Program-made: the position numbers and the translations under genes
In this document: positions 31,940 to 42,688 of the stretch, in pieces
Layout: each line of letters opens with the position of its first letter
Numbering within the stretch: the stretch's first letter is position 1
Assembly (NCBI GenBank): GCA_041391385.1
Contig: JAWKOD010000002.1
Location: 173,659 to 237,658, forward strand
Source: Bdellovibrionota bacterium
GTDB lineage: Bacteria; Bdellovibrionota; UBA2428
Direction of reading: 5' to 3'
Length of the DNA: 64,000 nt
The notes under the pieces: generated by a model
The model's input: only the letters and a program-made list of their open reading frames with translations
The model's database searches: none
Told to the model about the DNA's origin: nothing

Positions 31940-34236
31940 AGGCAAGTCCAATATAAATGTGAATACTGTCGAGCTTAGCGTCTTTGTGTTTTTTGGAGGC
32001 TATTTTCATAGCAAGAGCGCACAATTCTTTTATTCTTTTTCCATAAAGTGCAAACATCTTTTGAGTGTCTTGGGGGTCCATTTTTCTCTCTTTAACGACA
32101 CTGAGCTTGGCGGAAGGTTTGATTTCAAGAGCATTTTCATCAATGAAAACACTTTCTTTTTTGTTGAAGAATACTTCTAGAGCAAAGCTTCGTGTGGGGA
32201 TGTCTCTGCTAAAACTAACGCCCGCGATGCCGCTTTCAAGGCCCCAAAAGTAATCAAGAGTGCTTTGGTAAAGAGGATGCTCAAGACTTATGAATTCGAT
32301 GTCTTCTCGTAGAAGGGCAACGGCTCTATCGAAAGTCAGTGCCTTTTCCTCAAAGCACCCTAAATGAGGAAAGTTCTCAACAAACACTGAGATTCTGAGC
32401 CCAGCTTGATTGTTCTGTCTAAGCCGAAGTCGTCGTGGCTAACGCCAAAGTCTGCTGCATGAGATTCTCAAAAACCACGTCTGATTTTTCGCTTTTCTCG
32501 AAGCTTTTAATTTCTTTTAAAAGAGCCTGAGCCTTTGTGGCATTAAAAGAGCGTTCATCAACATGGCTCTGGACTTTTTTAAGGTAGAGTTTTTCTTCTT
32601 CTTCAAAAACATCAAGAGCCTTGTCTCTGAATTTATTCCATGCGAGTTTTTTGTCGCTCTCTTTAAAAGCGTTAATTCTATCGAAGACTTTAAAGGCAAA
32701 GGGGCAAGGCTTTGCGAAAATTCCAAAAACTTCTTCATACATTTTCACTAAAAAGTGAGTTTCTGTTTTGGGAGTAAAGGGGATGTGAATGTTGACATCT
32801 TCGCTCTGTCCAATGCGGTCCAAGCGACCAATTCGTTGTTCTAAAAGGTCTGGGTGCTCGGGCATATCCATGAAAATCATGTCATGACAAAACTGGAAGT
32901 TTCTTCCCTCACTCCCCATTTCACTACAGATAAGCGTTTGAGCTCCACCTTCAGAGGCGAACCAAGCAGCTTGCTTGTCGCGATGAAGGAGATCCATGCT
33001 TTCTACAAAGAGAGCAGCACTAAAGCCAGTTTTCTCGGTTAAATAATTAAAGTAATTAGTTGCAGCTTCTTCGCTCTTACAAATCAAGAGAAGCTTTTCG
33101 CCTTTAAAGTCTTTTAAAAATTGGCTTAGCCATTCCTCTGAGCTTTGTTCAATCTCGTATTTATGCAAAATTCGCTGTGGAAATCCTTGAATAATATCGC
33201 GCCTGTTGTGGATATATTCCATAGGGTAATTGTGTGAGGTTTGTAAAAGTTTAACGAGTACGTCGAAGTTTTCTTCGCCAAAACGATAAGGCGTAGCTGT
33301 TAAAAAAAGAACACTTTTTACACTTTCACTAAGCTGCCAAAAAAACTTTAAGGTTTCGGGAGCTTCTTTTTCAAGGGGGATGAGCTGGTGGGCTTCGTCA
33401 ATAATAACCAAGTCCCAGTTTTCTTTAAGTGCTGCGTTGAGAGAGTCTTTTTCTTTTATAAGTAAATCTAAGCTTGCGAGCACAAAAGAGTTCGAGGCAA
33501 ATGAGTTAGCCCCTTGCGATTTGAGTTCTTCTTCCCAGCGATCTTCATCGACAAGGATAAAAAGTTCAAAGAATTTTCTATAGAGCTCGGCTAGCCATTG
33601 GTGCTTGAGTGCTTCGGGTACAAGGATGAGTACTTTTTTAGCTCGGCCTAAGGCTTTTAGTTTTGAGAAAATTAGAGCGGCTTCGATAGTTTTTCCAAGG
33701 CCTACCTCGTCCGCGAGTAGAGCGCGGGGATGAGGCATTGCCACAATTTTATCAACTGCGTAGAGTTGATGTGGGGTGAGTACGACTCTTGATCCGATAA
33801 ACCCATGCAATTGAGAATTTTTATATTCTTCTACGAGCAAGGAAGCTTGCTTACGTAGCTCAAAGGCTTGATGTGTTCCCACGCGGCCGTCACGTAGGCA
33901 ATCAAGAGGGTGCGAAACTTGTTTGGACGAAAAGACGTCGCTTTCTGAAATAATTCCAATTTCTGTTTCGTATTGTAGGAGCTCGTCTTGCTCTATTACG
34001 TTGAGTACTTTGAGCGACTTTCCAGATCGGAGTGTGAGTTCAGCGCCAACGCTAAAGGTGCTTCTCTCAAGAGGGGCACTTTTTGCAGAATAATTTCGTC
34101 GCTCGAGAGCTTTTGAGAATGAAACGCTAATAATGCTGGGACTTATTTCGGTAATATGGCCTAAGCCAAGTTCTGCTTCGTTTGCAGAACGTACGCACTG
34201 GCCGATTTTAAATCGGGAGGGAGAGCTTAGCTTCAT
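31938..34236 (-). CDS. rapA: RNA polymerase-associated SNF2 ATPase RapA, with indels near 32390-32460
   Basis: N-terminal ELGLG, LLADEVGLGKTIEA, IIDEAH, LTATP, SEMGSEGRNFQ and LEQRIGRLDR. An alternate frame FGVSHDD...FVENFPHL bridges the two ORFs. Confidence 0.88.
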
Positions 34237-34703
34237 TTTGCATTAAGTAATACTTTGGGACCTTCTTTAAAGACAACGTCTATCTTGTTGTCGCGGCGGG
34301 CATGTACAACGCCTTTTCCAAAAGTGCTGTGCTCAAATACATCACCTTCTTCGAGTGGGGTTGCGGGAGAATATTTTTTTAATGCAGCATCTCCCCAGTT
34401 TCGAACTCCGCTGTACCAAACTTCTTCAAGATCAACAGCTGGAGTTGTTGAGCGTTTTGTTGTTTTACGTGGTTTTTTTACAGTACTTGAAGCTGTTGTT
34501 TTGTTTTGTTTTTTATACTTATGAACAACCCCAGAAGTCTTACATTGAACTTTATCAACAAAGCCTTTTGCGTCGTGATTAACGACGACATGCCATGTAA
34601 AGGTTTTCTCTTTAGTGCTGTAACACCAAATGTCTTTTGCGACGGGTGTTTTATCAATGTCAGAGGGAATGGTTGGGGCTTTTGGTGTTTTTGCTTCACT
34701 CAC
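34233..34703 (-). CDS. Hypothetical protein
   Basis: Coupled to rapA. GTG 34703 preferred as start. C-terminal FEHSTFGKGVV motif. Confidence 0.65.
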   Translation of the reverse strand: MSEAKTPKAPTIPSDIDKTPVAKDIWCYSTKEKTFTWHVVVNHDAKGFVDKVQCKTSGVVHKYKKQNKTTASSTVKKPRKTTKRSTTPAVDLEEVWYSGVRNWGDAALKKYSPATPLEEGDVFEHSTFGKGVVHARRDNKIDVVFKEGPKVLLNAK

Positions 34704-34809
34704 GATGCTTCTTAGCGTCCCACAGGTTGAATCCCTTTCGCAAGGAAACTCTGCTATGCTATTTTTCAAAAGGGACTTAAAAAGTACCCGAACAAGGAAT
34801 AATCGCATT

Positions 34810-36069
34810 ATGTTTAAAGTCGATGAACGCTCAGATCACATTATTTTGGCCTCCCATATAAATCTTAAGTTTAAAGAGACCCTTCCTATTCATTGGGGGG
34901 CAAAAAATGCTATTGAACGAGGCCCCATAGTTGCCTCAGTAAGTAATTCTAAAGCGCGTAATGCAATTGGCGCCCATAGCGGGAGTTATACGGTCTATAG
35001 GGCTCTTTCTATAGCAAGTGGAAAATTCCCAGCGCTTCATAAACCTGACCTAAACAATACAGAAAGTCCGGTTAAAATTGGGCCTTATGAGCAGTGGTTT
35101 GATTCGACTAAAATAGTTGCTTTGGATCCTTGGGGCCTCGACCCTCAGCTTCATTTTAAAGAGTATTTTGATAAGGGTTACGATATTCGGCCTACGATTG
35201 CCGTAACTCAGGCCCATTTGCAGATCCCCGAGGTCAATGAGGCGATTAAATTGGGCCGGCTTAAAGTCGATGGGAAAATTGTAAAAAATAATCATGACGT
35301 ACGAGTCACAAAAGTAGCTATTGAACCTGTTTGGTTCTTGCCGGGTATTGCAAAACGCCTGGAAGTTGATGAGGGCGATTTGCGACGAACTCTTTTTCAA
35401 GAGACTGGGGGCATGTATCCCGAGTTTATTACTCGCCCTGACTTGAAGGCATGGCTTCCCCCCATTGGAAGTACTACCGTCTATATTTTTGGGAACCCCG
35501 CTGATTTGGCCAATCCAAAAATCGAGCTGACTTGCAGGGTTCATGATGAATGTAATGGTTCAGATGTTTTTGGTTCGGATATATGTACCTGTCGGCCCTA
35601 TTTAATGTATGGAATTGAAGACGCTGCCCGCACTGCTCAAAGGGGTGGGGTAGGAATTATTGCGTACTATCGTAAGGAAGGTCGTGCGCTGGGAGAAGTA
35701 ACGAAATTTCTTGTTTATAATGCACGTAAACGTCAAGTAGGTGGTGACACTGCTGCGACTTATTTTAAGCGCACTGAATGTGTTGCAGGAACAGAAGATG
35801 CGCGCTTTCAGGAGTTTATGCCTGATCCTTTGCATTTCTTCGGCATTCAAAAGATAGATAACCTCCACTCCATGAGCAATATGAAGTACGACGCCATTGT
35901 GCGAAGTGGAATTGAAGTTAAAAACAGAGTTTCTATTCCTGTCGAGCTAGTTCCAGAGGATGCACAAGTAGAGATTGAAGCCAAAAAAGCTGCAGGATAC
36001 TTTTCGCCCGATGGGGCAAAGGACGAAGGGGCACTTAAAAAGGTAAAGGGACGCGCCATTGATGAATGA
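34810..36069 (+). CDS. GTP cyclohydrolase II-like protein (URC1 family)
   Basis: N-terminal IHWGA..AIERGPIVAS...RNAIGAHSGSY extension plus RVHDECNGSDVFGSDICTCR Zn motif and RKEGRALG. ATG 34810 preferred. Confidence 0.9.
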   Translation: MFKVDERSDHIILASHINLKFKETLPIHWGAKNAIERGPIVASVSNSKARNAIGAHSGSYTVYRALSIASGKFPALHKPDLNNTESPVKIGPYEQWFDSTKIVALDPWGLDPQLHFKEYFDKGYDIRPTIAVTQAHLQIPEVNEAIKLGRLKVDGKIVKNNHDVRVTKVAIEPVWFLPGIAKRLEVDEGDLRRTLFQETGGMYPEFITRPDLKAWLPPIGSTTVYIFGNPADLANPKIELTCRVHDECNGSDVFGSDICTCRPYLMYGIEDAARTAQRGGVGIIAYYRKEGRALGEVTKFLVYNARKRQVGGDTAATYFKRTECVAGTEDARFQEFMPDPLHFFGIQKIDNLHSMSNMKYDAIVRSGIEVKNRVSIPVELVPEDAQVEIEAKKAAGYFSPDGAKDEGALKKVKGRAIDE

Positions 36070-37291
36070 TTTCGCAAGGGAACTTATTTTTACAGAGCAA
36101 GAAATTGATTATTTGCTTTCGCCAGAGGCGATTCGTATTCAGGCAAAAGCTATTTTTGACATGTGTCAGGATAGAAAATCTTATTTTGTTTATCATCCGG
36201 AGAATTTCCTACCTGCCGTTGCTTACGTTTTACAGGTTATTAAAAAGAACTACCCCGATCTCAACATTCCTTTTCATTCGAGATGGGGACATTTTAGAGT
36301 TGGCGGCATAGACCGTGTTTTGGAACTAAATAAAAAACTTAGTGGCGAAACCGAAATGGAAATTGCACGTTCTAAAATTGATTTAGTGATTACGTCTGTT
36401 CTTCTAGATGCAGGCGCTGGGATGAAGTGGAAGTTCTTAGAGAAGAATGAAACCTATAGTCGCTCTGAGGGCCTAGGGGTTGCGTCTTTTCATCTCTTCA
36501 TGTCTGGAGCCATGAGCGAGGATAAAACCTCTCCTCGTGTTGATGCTAATGGTTTATTGTCTTTAAGAACACAAGATTTAGAAGAGGCTTTTCAGGTAAG
36601 TGCAAAGAATCCTCTTGTTGGAGTAGAAGGGCGACTTAAGCTTTTACATAATCTCGCTCTTGCCCTTGAAAACAAGAAGTTTTTTAAAGATTCCCGACCC
36701 GGAAACCTTGTTGATTATTTAGTTGAGACTCACGGGAAAGAAATCCCAGCTAAGGGAATTTTAAGGGCGGTCTTAGATGCCTTGGGCTCAATTTGGCCCG
36801 GACGTTTGTCTGCTTCGGGGGTTAATTTGGGGGATGTTTGGAAACATTCAACAGTGTCTTCAGTGGGCGGCTTAAAATCTTTAGTGCCCTTGCACAAGCT
36901 ATCTCAATGGATGACTTATTCTCTAATAGAGCCCATTATGGAAGCGGGCTTAACGGTTGTTGGAGTTGAAGAGCTTACGGGTTTAGCGGAATATCGCAAC
37001 GGTGGGCTCATGTTGGACTCGGGCCTTTTGAGCTTTAAAAATCCAGAAGATGCTTTAAAAGATTGGCTCCCCGGGGACGATCTCGTTATCGAATGGAGAG
37101 CCCTAACTGTTTATTTGTTAGATCAGATGGCAGTGGAAATAAGAAAAACTTTAAATAAATCACCCAAGGATTTTCCCCTCGCCAAAGTACTTGAAGGTGG
37201 GACGTGGTGGGCCGGAAGATACTTGGCCCAGGAAAAACGAGAAGGGGCAACCTCTCCTATTAATCTTGTAAGCGATGGGACTGTTTTTTAG
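36059..37291 (+). CDS. URC4/DUF1688-family protein
   Basis: IPFHSRWGHF, SVLLDAGAG, RSEGLGVAS, HKLSQWMTYSL, LAEYRNGG, VIEWRALT and LEGGTW. Confidence 0.88.
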   Translation: MMNDFARELIFTEQEIDYLLSPEAIRIQAKAIFDMCQDRKSYFVYHPENFLPAVAYVLQVIKKNYPDLNIPFHSRWGHFRVGGIDRVLELNKKLSGETEMEIARSKIDLVITSVLLDAGAGMKWKFLEKNETYSRSEGLGVASFHLFMSGAMSEDKTSPRVDANGLLSLRTQDLEEAFQVSAKNPLVGVEGRLKLLHNLALALENKKFFKDSRPGNLVDYLVETHGKEIPAKGILRAVLDALGSIWPGRLSASGVNLGDVWKHSTVSSVGGLKSLVPLHKLSQWMTYSLIEPIMEAGLTVVGVEELTGLAEYRNGGLMLDSGLLSFKNPEDALKDWLPGDDLVIEWRALTVYLLDQMAVEIRKTLNKSPKDFPLAKVLEGGTWWAGRYLAQEKREGATSPINLVSDGTVF

Positions 37292-37307
37292 AGTTTTTGA
37301 GGAATAT

Positions 37308-37940
37308 ATGAGCGATAAAGTAAAAGTTTTAAATCATCCCCTCTTACAGCACAAACTTGGTTATTTGAGAGATAAGAACACGAGTTCTGCGGAGTTTAGA
37401 GAACTTGTCAGGGAAATTAGTCGGGTTTTAGCCTTGGAGGTAATGAGCGATTGGAAAGACATGAAAAGTGTTGAGATCGAGACGCCCATTGCAAAGGCAA
37501 CTGTAAATCGAATACAAAATCCACCCGTTGTCGTCTCTGTCATGAGAGCAGGAAACGGAATGTTGGATGCAGTTTTATCTATGATCCCCGTAGCCTCCGC
37601 AGGCTTTATTGGAATTTATAGAGATAAGTTTATTAAAAATACTGTTGAATATTATTTTAAAATGCCTAGCGATATTAAGGGTAAGGTGGCAATACTCTGT
37701 GATCCCCTAGTGGCAACTGCAGATACAATGCTAGCGGCTCTCGATCGCTTAAAAAGTTACGAAGTAAATAAAATAAAAATTATAAGCATTCTGGCGAGTG
37801 AGTTCGCTATTGAGAAAATAAAGCATTTTCACCCTGATGTTGAAATTTATACTTTAAGTGTAGAAAAAGAGATGAACGATCAGGGGTACTTGGTTCCTGG
37901 TCTAGGAGACGCGGGCGATAGGCTTTATCAGACAAAATAA
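37308..37940 (+). CDS. upp: Uracil phosphoribosyltransferase
   Basis: HPLLQHKL..LRD, VMRAGNGM, DPLVATADT PRPP loop and GYLVPGLGDAGDRLY. Confidence 0.95.
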   Translation: MSDKVKVLNHPLLQHKLGYLRDKNTSSAEFRELVREISRVLALEVMSDWKDMKSVEIETPIAKATVNRIQNPPVVVSVMRAGNGMLDAVLSMIPVASAGFIGIYRDKFIKNTVEYYFKMPSDIKGKVAILCDPLVATADTMLAALDRLKSYEVNKIKIISILASEFAIEKIKHFHPDVEIYTLSVEKEMNDQGYLVPGLGDAGDRLYQTK

Positions 37941-37945
37941 TTTTA

Positions 37946-38581
37946 ATGGGAAATCGAAGAAAAAAGCCTGGAACAAGATGTTTGGCTTGTCATATGCGAA
38001 AAGAGCTTTGTATTTGCCCTGAAATTAGGGCTTGCAAGGAAACCTTTAAGAACAAATGTAAAATATTAATTTTGATGCACCATCGGGAGCGACACCTGAC
38101 AACAAATACAGGGCGCATTGCTGCTTTGAGTATCCCAAATTGTGAGGTTCATTTTAGAGGACTGCCATACAAGACACTTAATTGTGCTGAGCTTCTTGAT
38201 GCTGAAAGAGAGCCCCTTTTACTTTTTCCAAGTGAAGATGCGCAGGTTTTGACAAAAGAGCTTCTAGAAAAAATAAAAAAGCCTGTAACCTTGGTCGTCC
38301 CTGATGGAAGTTGGCGCCAAGCTTATAAGGTTTCAAAAAGAGAGCCTGCTTTGGCGAATGCTATTCGGGTGATACTTCCCGAGGGTAAGGAGTCTGAATA
38401 TCAGCTCAGGCGAGAGCCTAAGGCGGGTGGCTTGGCAACATTTGAGGCCATTGCTCGTGCTATGGGTGTGATTGAAAACATCGAAATGCAAGAAAAGTTA
38501 GAGAAGCTTTTTCGTTTGATGGTTAGCCGCACTATGAGAAGCCGAAGTGGGCGAGTCGATTTACCTGAGTCTGAAAAGTGA
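37946..38581 (+). CDS. DTW-domain tRNA-uridine aminocarboxypropyltransferase (TapT-like)
   Basis: CxxC...CIC N-terminus, H..E....TNTG, LLFPS, PDGSWRQA (DTW-like) and ATFEAIA. Confidence 0.88.
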   Translation: MGNRRKKPGTRCLACHMRKELCICPEIRACKETFKNKCKILILMHHRERHLTTNTGRIAALSIPNCEVHFRGLPYKTLNCAELLDAEREPLLLFPSEDAQVLTKELLEKIKKPVTLVVPDGSWRQAYKVSKREPALANAIRVILPEGKESEYQLRREPKAGGLATFEAIARAMGVIENIEMQEKLEKLFRLMVSRTMRSRSGRVDLPESEK

Positions 38582-38616
38582 AAGCGCTATCAGGATTTGC
38601 TCCTGATAGCGCTTTC
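38580..38616. terminator. Perfect 16-bp hairpin, likely terminator
   Basis: GAAAGCGCTATCAGGA-tttgc-TCCTGATAGCGCTTTC overlapping the DTW stop codon. Confidence 0.75.
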
Positions 38617-38617
38617 T

Positions 38618-38785
38618 AGAAAACCCCAGCATTGGTGCAGAATGCTGGGGCATATCTTCAACTTAGGTCGAAATCCTGGGTCTCCCCCTCTAGAGCAGCC
38701 CCCTCTTACCCCTAAGGGTAACCCTCTGTGCGCTGTCTCTAGTACCCCTTTTGGGATTTCTTCTAAGGACCCCTCGTCCCTATAA
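38618..38785 (-). ncRNA. Candidate rod-shaped ncRNA (6S RNA-like) with its own terminator
   Basis: Nested complementary blocks 38662-66/38763-67, 38670-76/38754-60, 38690-99/38732-42 and 38706-11/38716-21 around a central purine-rich bubble. On the minus strand it ends in a CCCCAGCATT/AATGCTGGGG hairpin plus TTTT. Confidence 0.45.
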
Positions 38786-38865
38786 AAAGTACTTTATTGC
38801 AGGTGAGAAAAAAGCGCTACTCTTCTTGATGTCGTGTCTGTATCAAAAGTGTCAGCAGCTAAGAA

Positions 38866-40928
38866 TTAGTTTGTTGCTTTTTGTTTTGGGGGCAGGAGGA
38901 ACGAAGTAGGGCTTTTCTTAAAGCGTGTAAAAACTTCTTTGTAAATCTCGTCTCGAATAGAAGATTTAATTCTACGAGACTTAAGGGCAACCCAAAAAGC
39001 TAAAAAGAAACTTACGCTGACGTTCATGATACCAATAAAAAATATTCCTATGAAAGCGAGCCAAAATTGAGAGTGGTAGAGAAAGTCGATACCTAGGCTT
39101 GCAGTTGCAAGTGTTATAGTGCCTGAGGAAATCGTAACGTGTCTTACGTCCAGTGGAATACCAAAGAAGCCAAGAATTTTCGGAGACATTCCTAGCAAAA
39201 AACCAAGTGAGATATAGCCTACCCATCCGCTGAGATGTTTTTGGTAGAGAGTTATCCAGCGTTGCAGTCGGCTTGGTCCAAGCATGGCCTTAAGTTTGCG
39301 GTGTGATGCGAGCGCTTGTGGGATTTCGTGATATACAGACCAGTTGTGGACCCACCCAGCTATGACAGATGAGAGCCATAGGAGAAATCCTGTGAATGCC
39401 GCATGAATCGGAGTGAGACCAAGTACTGAGTAATGAGATAAAGTTTTGAGAGCTTCTTCCTTGTCCATAAGAGGAGCTCCTTGTGCATAGAAAATGATCG
39501 AAAAAATGAGAAGTGTCGTAGGAATGACAAGAAAAACGTTTCCAAGTATGGAGGCGCCTTGCGAACGAATTAAGTTTACAACTTCGTCTACGAGGCTTGA
39601 ACGTTCTTTGTCGCTATTGAGGTTGTGCATTTTAGCAGCAAGAGCGTTTGCCGTCATTGCAGGTTGTCTTGTAGCTAAAGTAAAGCCGAATGAATAAATG
39701 CCGATGAAGCCTACGGAGTAGTTAATTGATTTAAAAATCCCTTGGATGAAGTAGGATAGCGACATCTCTTCCATGAAAGTTTTAGTGAAGGCAATAAGGC
39801 CTGCAATAATACCGCCGCCCGCAGCTTTTCTGAACATTTCGTTATATTCATTCGAGTTTCGCGTAATGTAGTGTTCGCCGGCCTCTGCATTTTGTTCGGC
39901 TATCTTCATGGAGAGCAAGCAGGGCTCTATTTGTGAAAAAATCCCTACGGGGGTCGGATAGCTCGGTCTCGAAGTTCAGTTATCAAACTACAAATAAAAC
40001 GGAGTATTTTTTTAGGATCGTTATCTTTGCCCGTGAGTATTTCAATAAGCGTTTCGGTGCGTCCAATGAGGGATTCAATGCGATCAAGTTCATGGACAAT
40101 ACTAACACTTACTCCGTATACGTTAAGGTGTTGATGAGCTACTTGTAGCTCTTCTCTGCATCGAAAAAGGACATCCCTGAAATCATTCATGGATAAGAGC
40201 TCATCGTTTGGAGAGGTTGTGTCTTCTGCGTCTTTGAGGAGTTGGGCACATACGCCTGTTATTTGGAAGAAGGGTCGATCTCGAAGGGGCATCTCAGAGC
40301 ACCTGATGCGGATTTTGGGATTAAGGCCAAATGCTCGAATTTGTCCGACTAAGAATAAAACAGCATCTTCTACTTCGGAATTTAGCTTGTCCCATACTCT
40401 GCCTTCATCAGCAGAGTTTTCGTAGTTAAAGAGTTCTATGATTTCGCTTAGTAAAGTAGCTTCGATTTTTTCGAGCCAAAGTATATCGTTTTCTGAAGAG
40501 AAAACTCTTACGAAAACTTCGCCAAGTTCATCTTCGTGCGGAGGGCGTGGCAAGAAGCGTTCTGTTAGCCTATCAACTGCCTCTGAGAAAAAACCAGACT
40601 CAGTTGGAAGGCCAGTTGTGCAAAATAAGTCGAGAGCTTTGGTATCAAAAAGTATAGAACGCAAGGTTTTTGCTACATTTTTCTTTTTGTCTGGATTCTT
40701 ATCGAGCTGAATTAAAAGAAAACGAGTGCGTGTTACTTGAAGGTGACCCGTTTCGAGTTCATTTTTTACAATAGAAACATTTCCTTGAGAGCGCATCCAA
40801 CGGAAAAGCTCTACGAGCCATTCGAGTCTTTCTTGAAGGGGGGCTTCGGGGTCAGCATTCGTAAGTAAAGAATCAAGCGCTACACGAGCATTGCCAGCGT
40901 GTTTCCATCGGCTTAAGAATTCAAACAT
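38866..40928 (-). CDS. Gcr/SpecificRecomb (PF10136)-family membrane protein, frameshifted near 39920-39945
   Basis: GLPTESGFFSEAVDRL, GEHYITR, AAGGG, FTLATRQPAMTA and PLDVRHVT; soluble N-half and multi-TM C-half. Confidence 0.82.
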
Positions 40929-41041
40929 TTCTTAGTTTTAGCATGAAGGGCCGAGACTGCACTGTGAGATTTTTGTTATCTTAATAAAAAAGCGAGCTTA
41001 TGCTGCGTTATGCCCCTCTTCTGTTGCTTGACTTAGGTGAG

Positions 41042-41953
41042 ATGAGTGTTGAACATAATGGAAGTATGTTTGAGAGCTTTGATTTAGCGAAAATTTTTGG
41101 GATTTTATCTACGGAACTAAATGCGTGGTTTGAAACCTCTATTAAGTCAATTCCCAATCTCTTTTTTGCTTTTTTAGTACTAGTTATTGCATACTTTTTG
41201 GCGGGCCTGGTACGTAATTTAACTGAATCTATTTTTTCAAGATCTACTCGGAGTCGAGCGGTTCTCGATCTCATTAAAAAAATATTGCATTTGTCCGTTA
41301 TGCTTGTGGGGCTTTTTATTGCTCTCGGCATTTTAAAGCTTGATAAAACGGTGACATCTCTTTTAGCAGGCGCTGGTGTTGTCGGTTTAGCTCTTGGTTT
41401 TGCTTTTCAGGAAATTGCGAGTAATTTTGTTTCGGGGATTTTAATCGCTCTCCAGGAGCCGTATCGAATAGGGGATATTGTACACATTGGGGATTTCATT
41501 GGTAACGTTAAACGTGTTGAGCTTCGCTGTACAACAATAACTACCTTTGATGGCCAAGATGTTTTGGTGCCCAATAAACGCATGTACACAGAGGCTCTTA
41601 CGAATTACAGCATTACTCCTCGTAGGCGAGTGGACTTAAATGTTGGGATTTCGTATTCAGAAGATTTGAGAAAAGTTGAGCAGGTAACGAAAGCGGCTGT
41701 TGAGAAAATTCCGGGACGTATTGAGTCGGAAGAGCTTCGTTTTTACTATAAAGAGTTTGGAGACAGCTCAATTAACTTTACTCTTCAAGTGTGGGTGCAT
41801 TACCCTGCTAACCATAACTTTTTACATTTTCAGCACGAAGCTATTGTTGCTATTAAGCAGGCTTTTGATGCGAACGGAATCACGATTCCCTTTCCAATTA
41901 GAACACTTGATATGAGCCCGGGTTTAGCGGAGAGCTTGGCGAAGAAGTTATAA
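41042..41953 (+). CDS. mscS: Small-conductance mechanosensitive channel
   Basis: LLAGAGVVGLALGFAFQEIASNFVSG, PYRIGD, VPN and EFGDSSINF. Confidence 0.92.
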   Translation: MSVEHNGSMFESFDLAKIFGILSTELNAWFETSIKSIPNLFFAFLVLVIAYFLAGLVRNLTESIFSRSTRSRAVLDLIKKILHLSVMLVGLFIALGILKLDKTVTSLLAGAGVVGLALGFAFQEIASNFVSGILIALQEPYRIGDIVHIGDFIGNVKRVELRCTTITTFDGQDVLVPNKRMYTEALTNYSITPRRRVDLNVGISYSEDLRKVEQVTKAAVEKIPGRIESEELRFYYKEFGDSSINFTLQVWVHYPANHNFLHFQHEAIVAIKQAFDANGITIPFPIRTLDMSPGLAESLAKKL

Positions 41954-41959
41954 CGGACC

Positions 41960-42682
41960 TTAGAGTCCACCGGGAAAATTATGATAGAGAAAAGATCTTG
42001 CCTCAAGTCGATATTCTAGGGGAAAGAGGTCTCCTAACATCTCAACAACGGCTTGCTTTACAGCATCCAGAAGAGGGTCTCTGCTGATACCTTCCTCATC
42101 TGTAGTTGATATTACGTTTCCACGAGGGATTGTTTTCCAAGCTGCTTTTTTGCCACAAAAGCTGATTTGATATTTTTTCTCTGGTCTTTGAACATAGCGG
42201 AGGCTCATTGTTTTTAACTCGTATCCATCCTCGGTTTTACAAGGGTACTTGCCTTTTATTTCGTTAGAACGTGCTGATATTAAAATGTCAAAACTAAGCT
42301 TGTATTTGAGTTGAGCTTCTTCGGTGGTAGCAGGGCTATTGTTCTGGCTTGTATCTTTGTTTTCTGGTTTTGAATCCGGGCCGGAGTCACTTGAAGTTTC
42401 TTTTGGCGCTGGTTCTGGACTTTGGATACTACTTATCAGAGTGCTTGAAATTGTCATTTTAATCTTTGATTCATTATCTAAAATTTGAGCTTTTGCTGTT
42501 TGCTTTTCTTTATCGTTTTGAAAAGTAACGCTTATTGTTTTGCTTTTTTGGTCGATAGATATTTTATTTACCTTTTCAGAAGGGGGAGTTTCTTCAGCAT
42601 TTATAGATAGGCTAAATACATAGAAGCTAAAGAAGACTCCAGTGAAGAGGCCTCGCTTAAGGTAGTTGAAGTATTTACTCAT
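41960..42682 (-). CDS. Hypothetical secreted protein
   Basis: 240-aa ORF with a signal peptide and an S/T/P-rich linker. Confidence 0.65.
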   Translation of the reverse strand: MSKYFNYLKRGLFTGVFFSFYVFSLSINAEETPPSEKVNKISIDQKSKTISVTFQNDKEKQTAKAQILDNESKIKMTISSTLISSIQSPEPAPKETSSDSGPDSKPENKDTSQNNSPATTEEAQLKYKLSFDILISARSNEIKGKYPCKTEDGYELKTMSLRYVQRPEKKYQISFCGKKAAWKTIPRGNVISTTDEEGISRDPLLDAVKQAVVEMLGDLFPLEYRLEARSFLYHNFPGGL

Positions 42683-42688
42683 AGTTGT

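Noticed and set aside
34630-34809. N-terminal extension of the URC1-like ORF
   Set aside because: It overlaps the divergent gene and promoter region; family-like sequence begins after ATG 34810.
38597-38785. 62-aa plus-strand ORF
   Set aside because: Pro-rich read-through of hairpins; no RBS or homology signal; explained by the structured RNA candidate.
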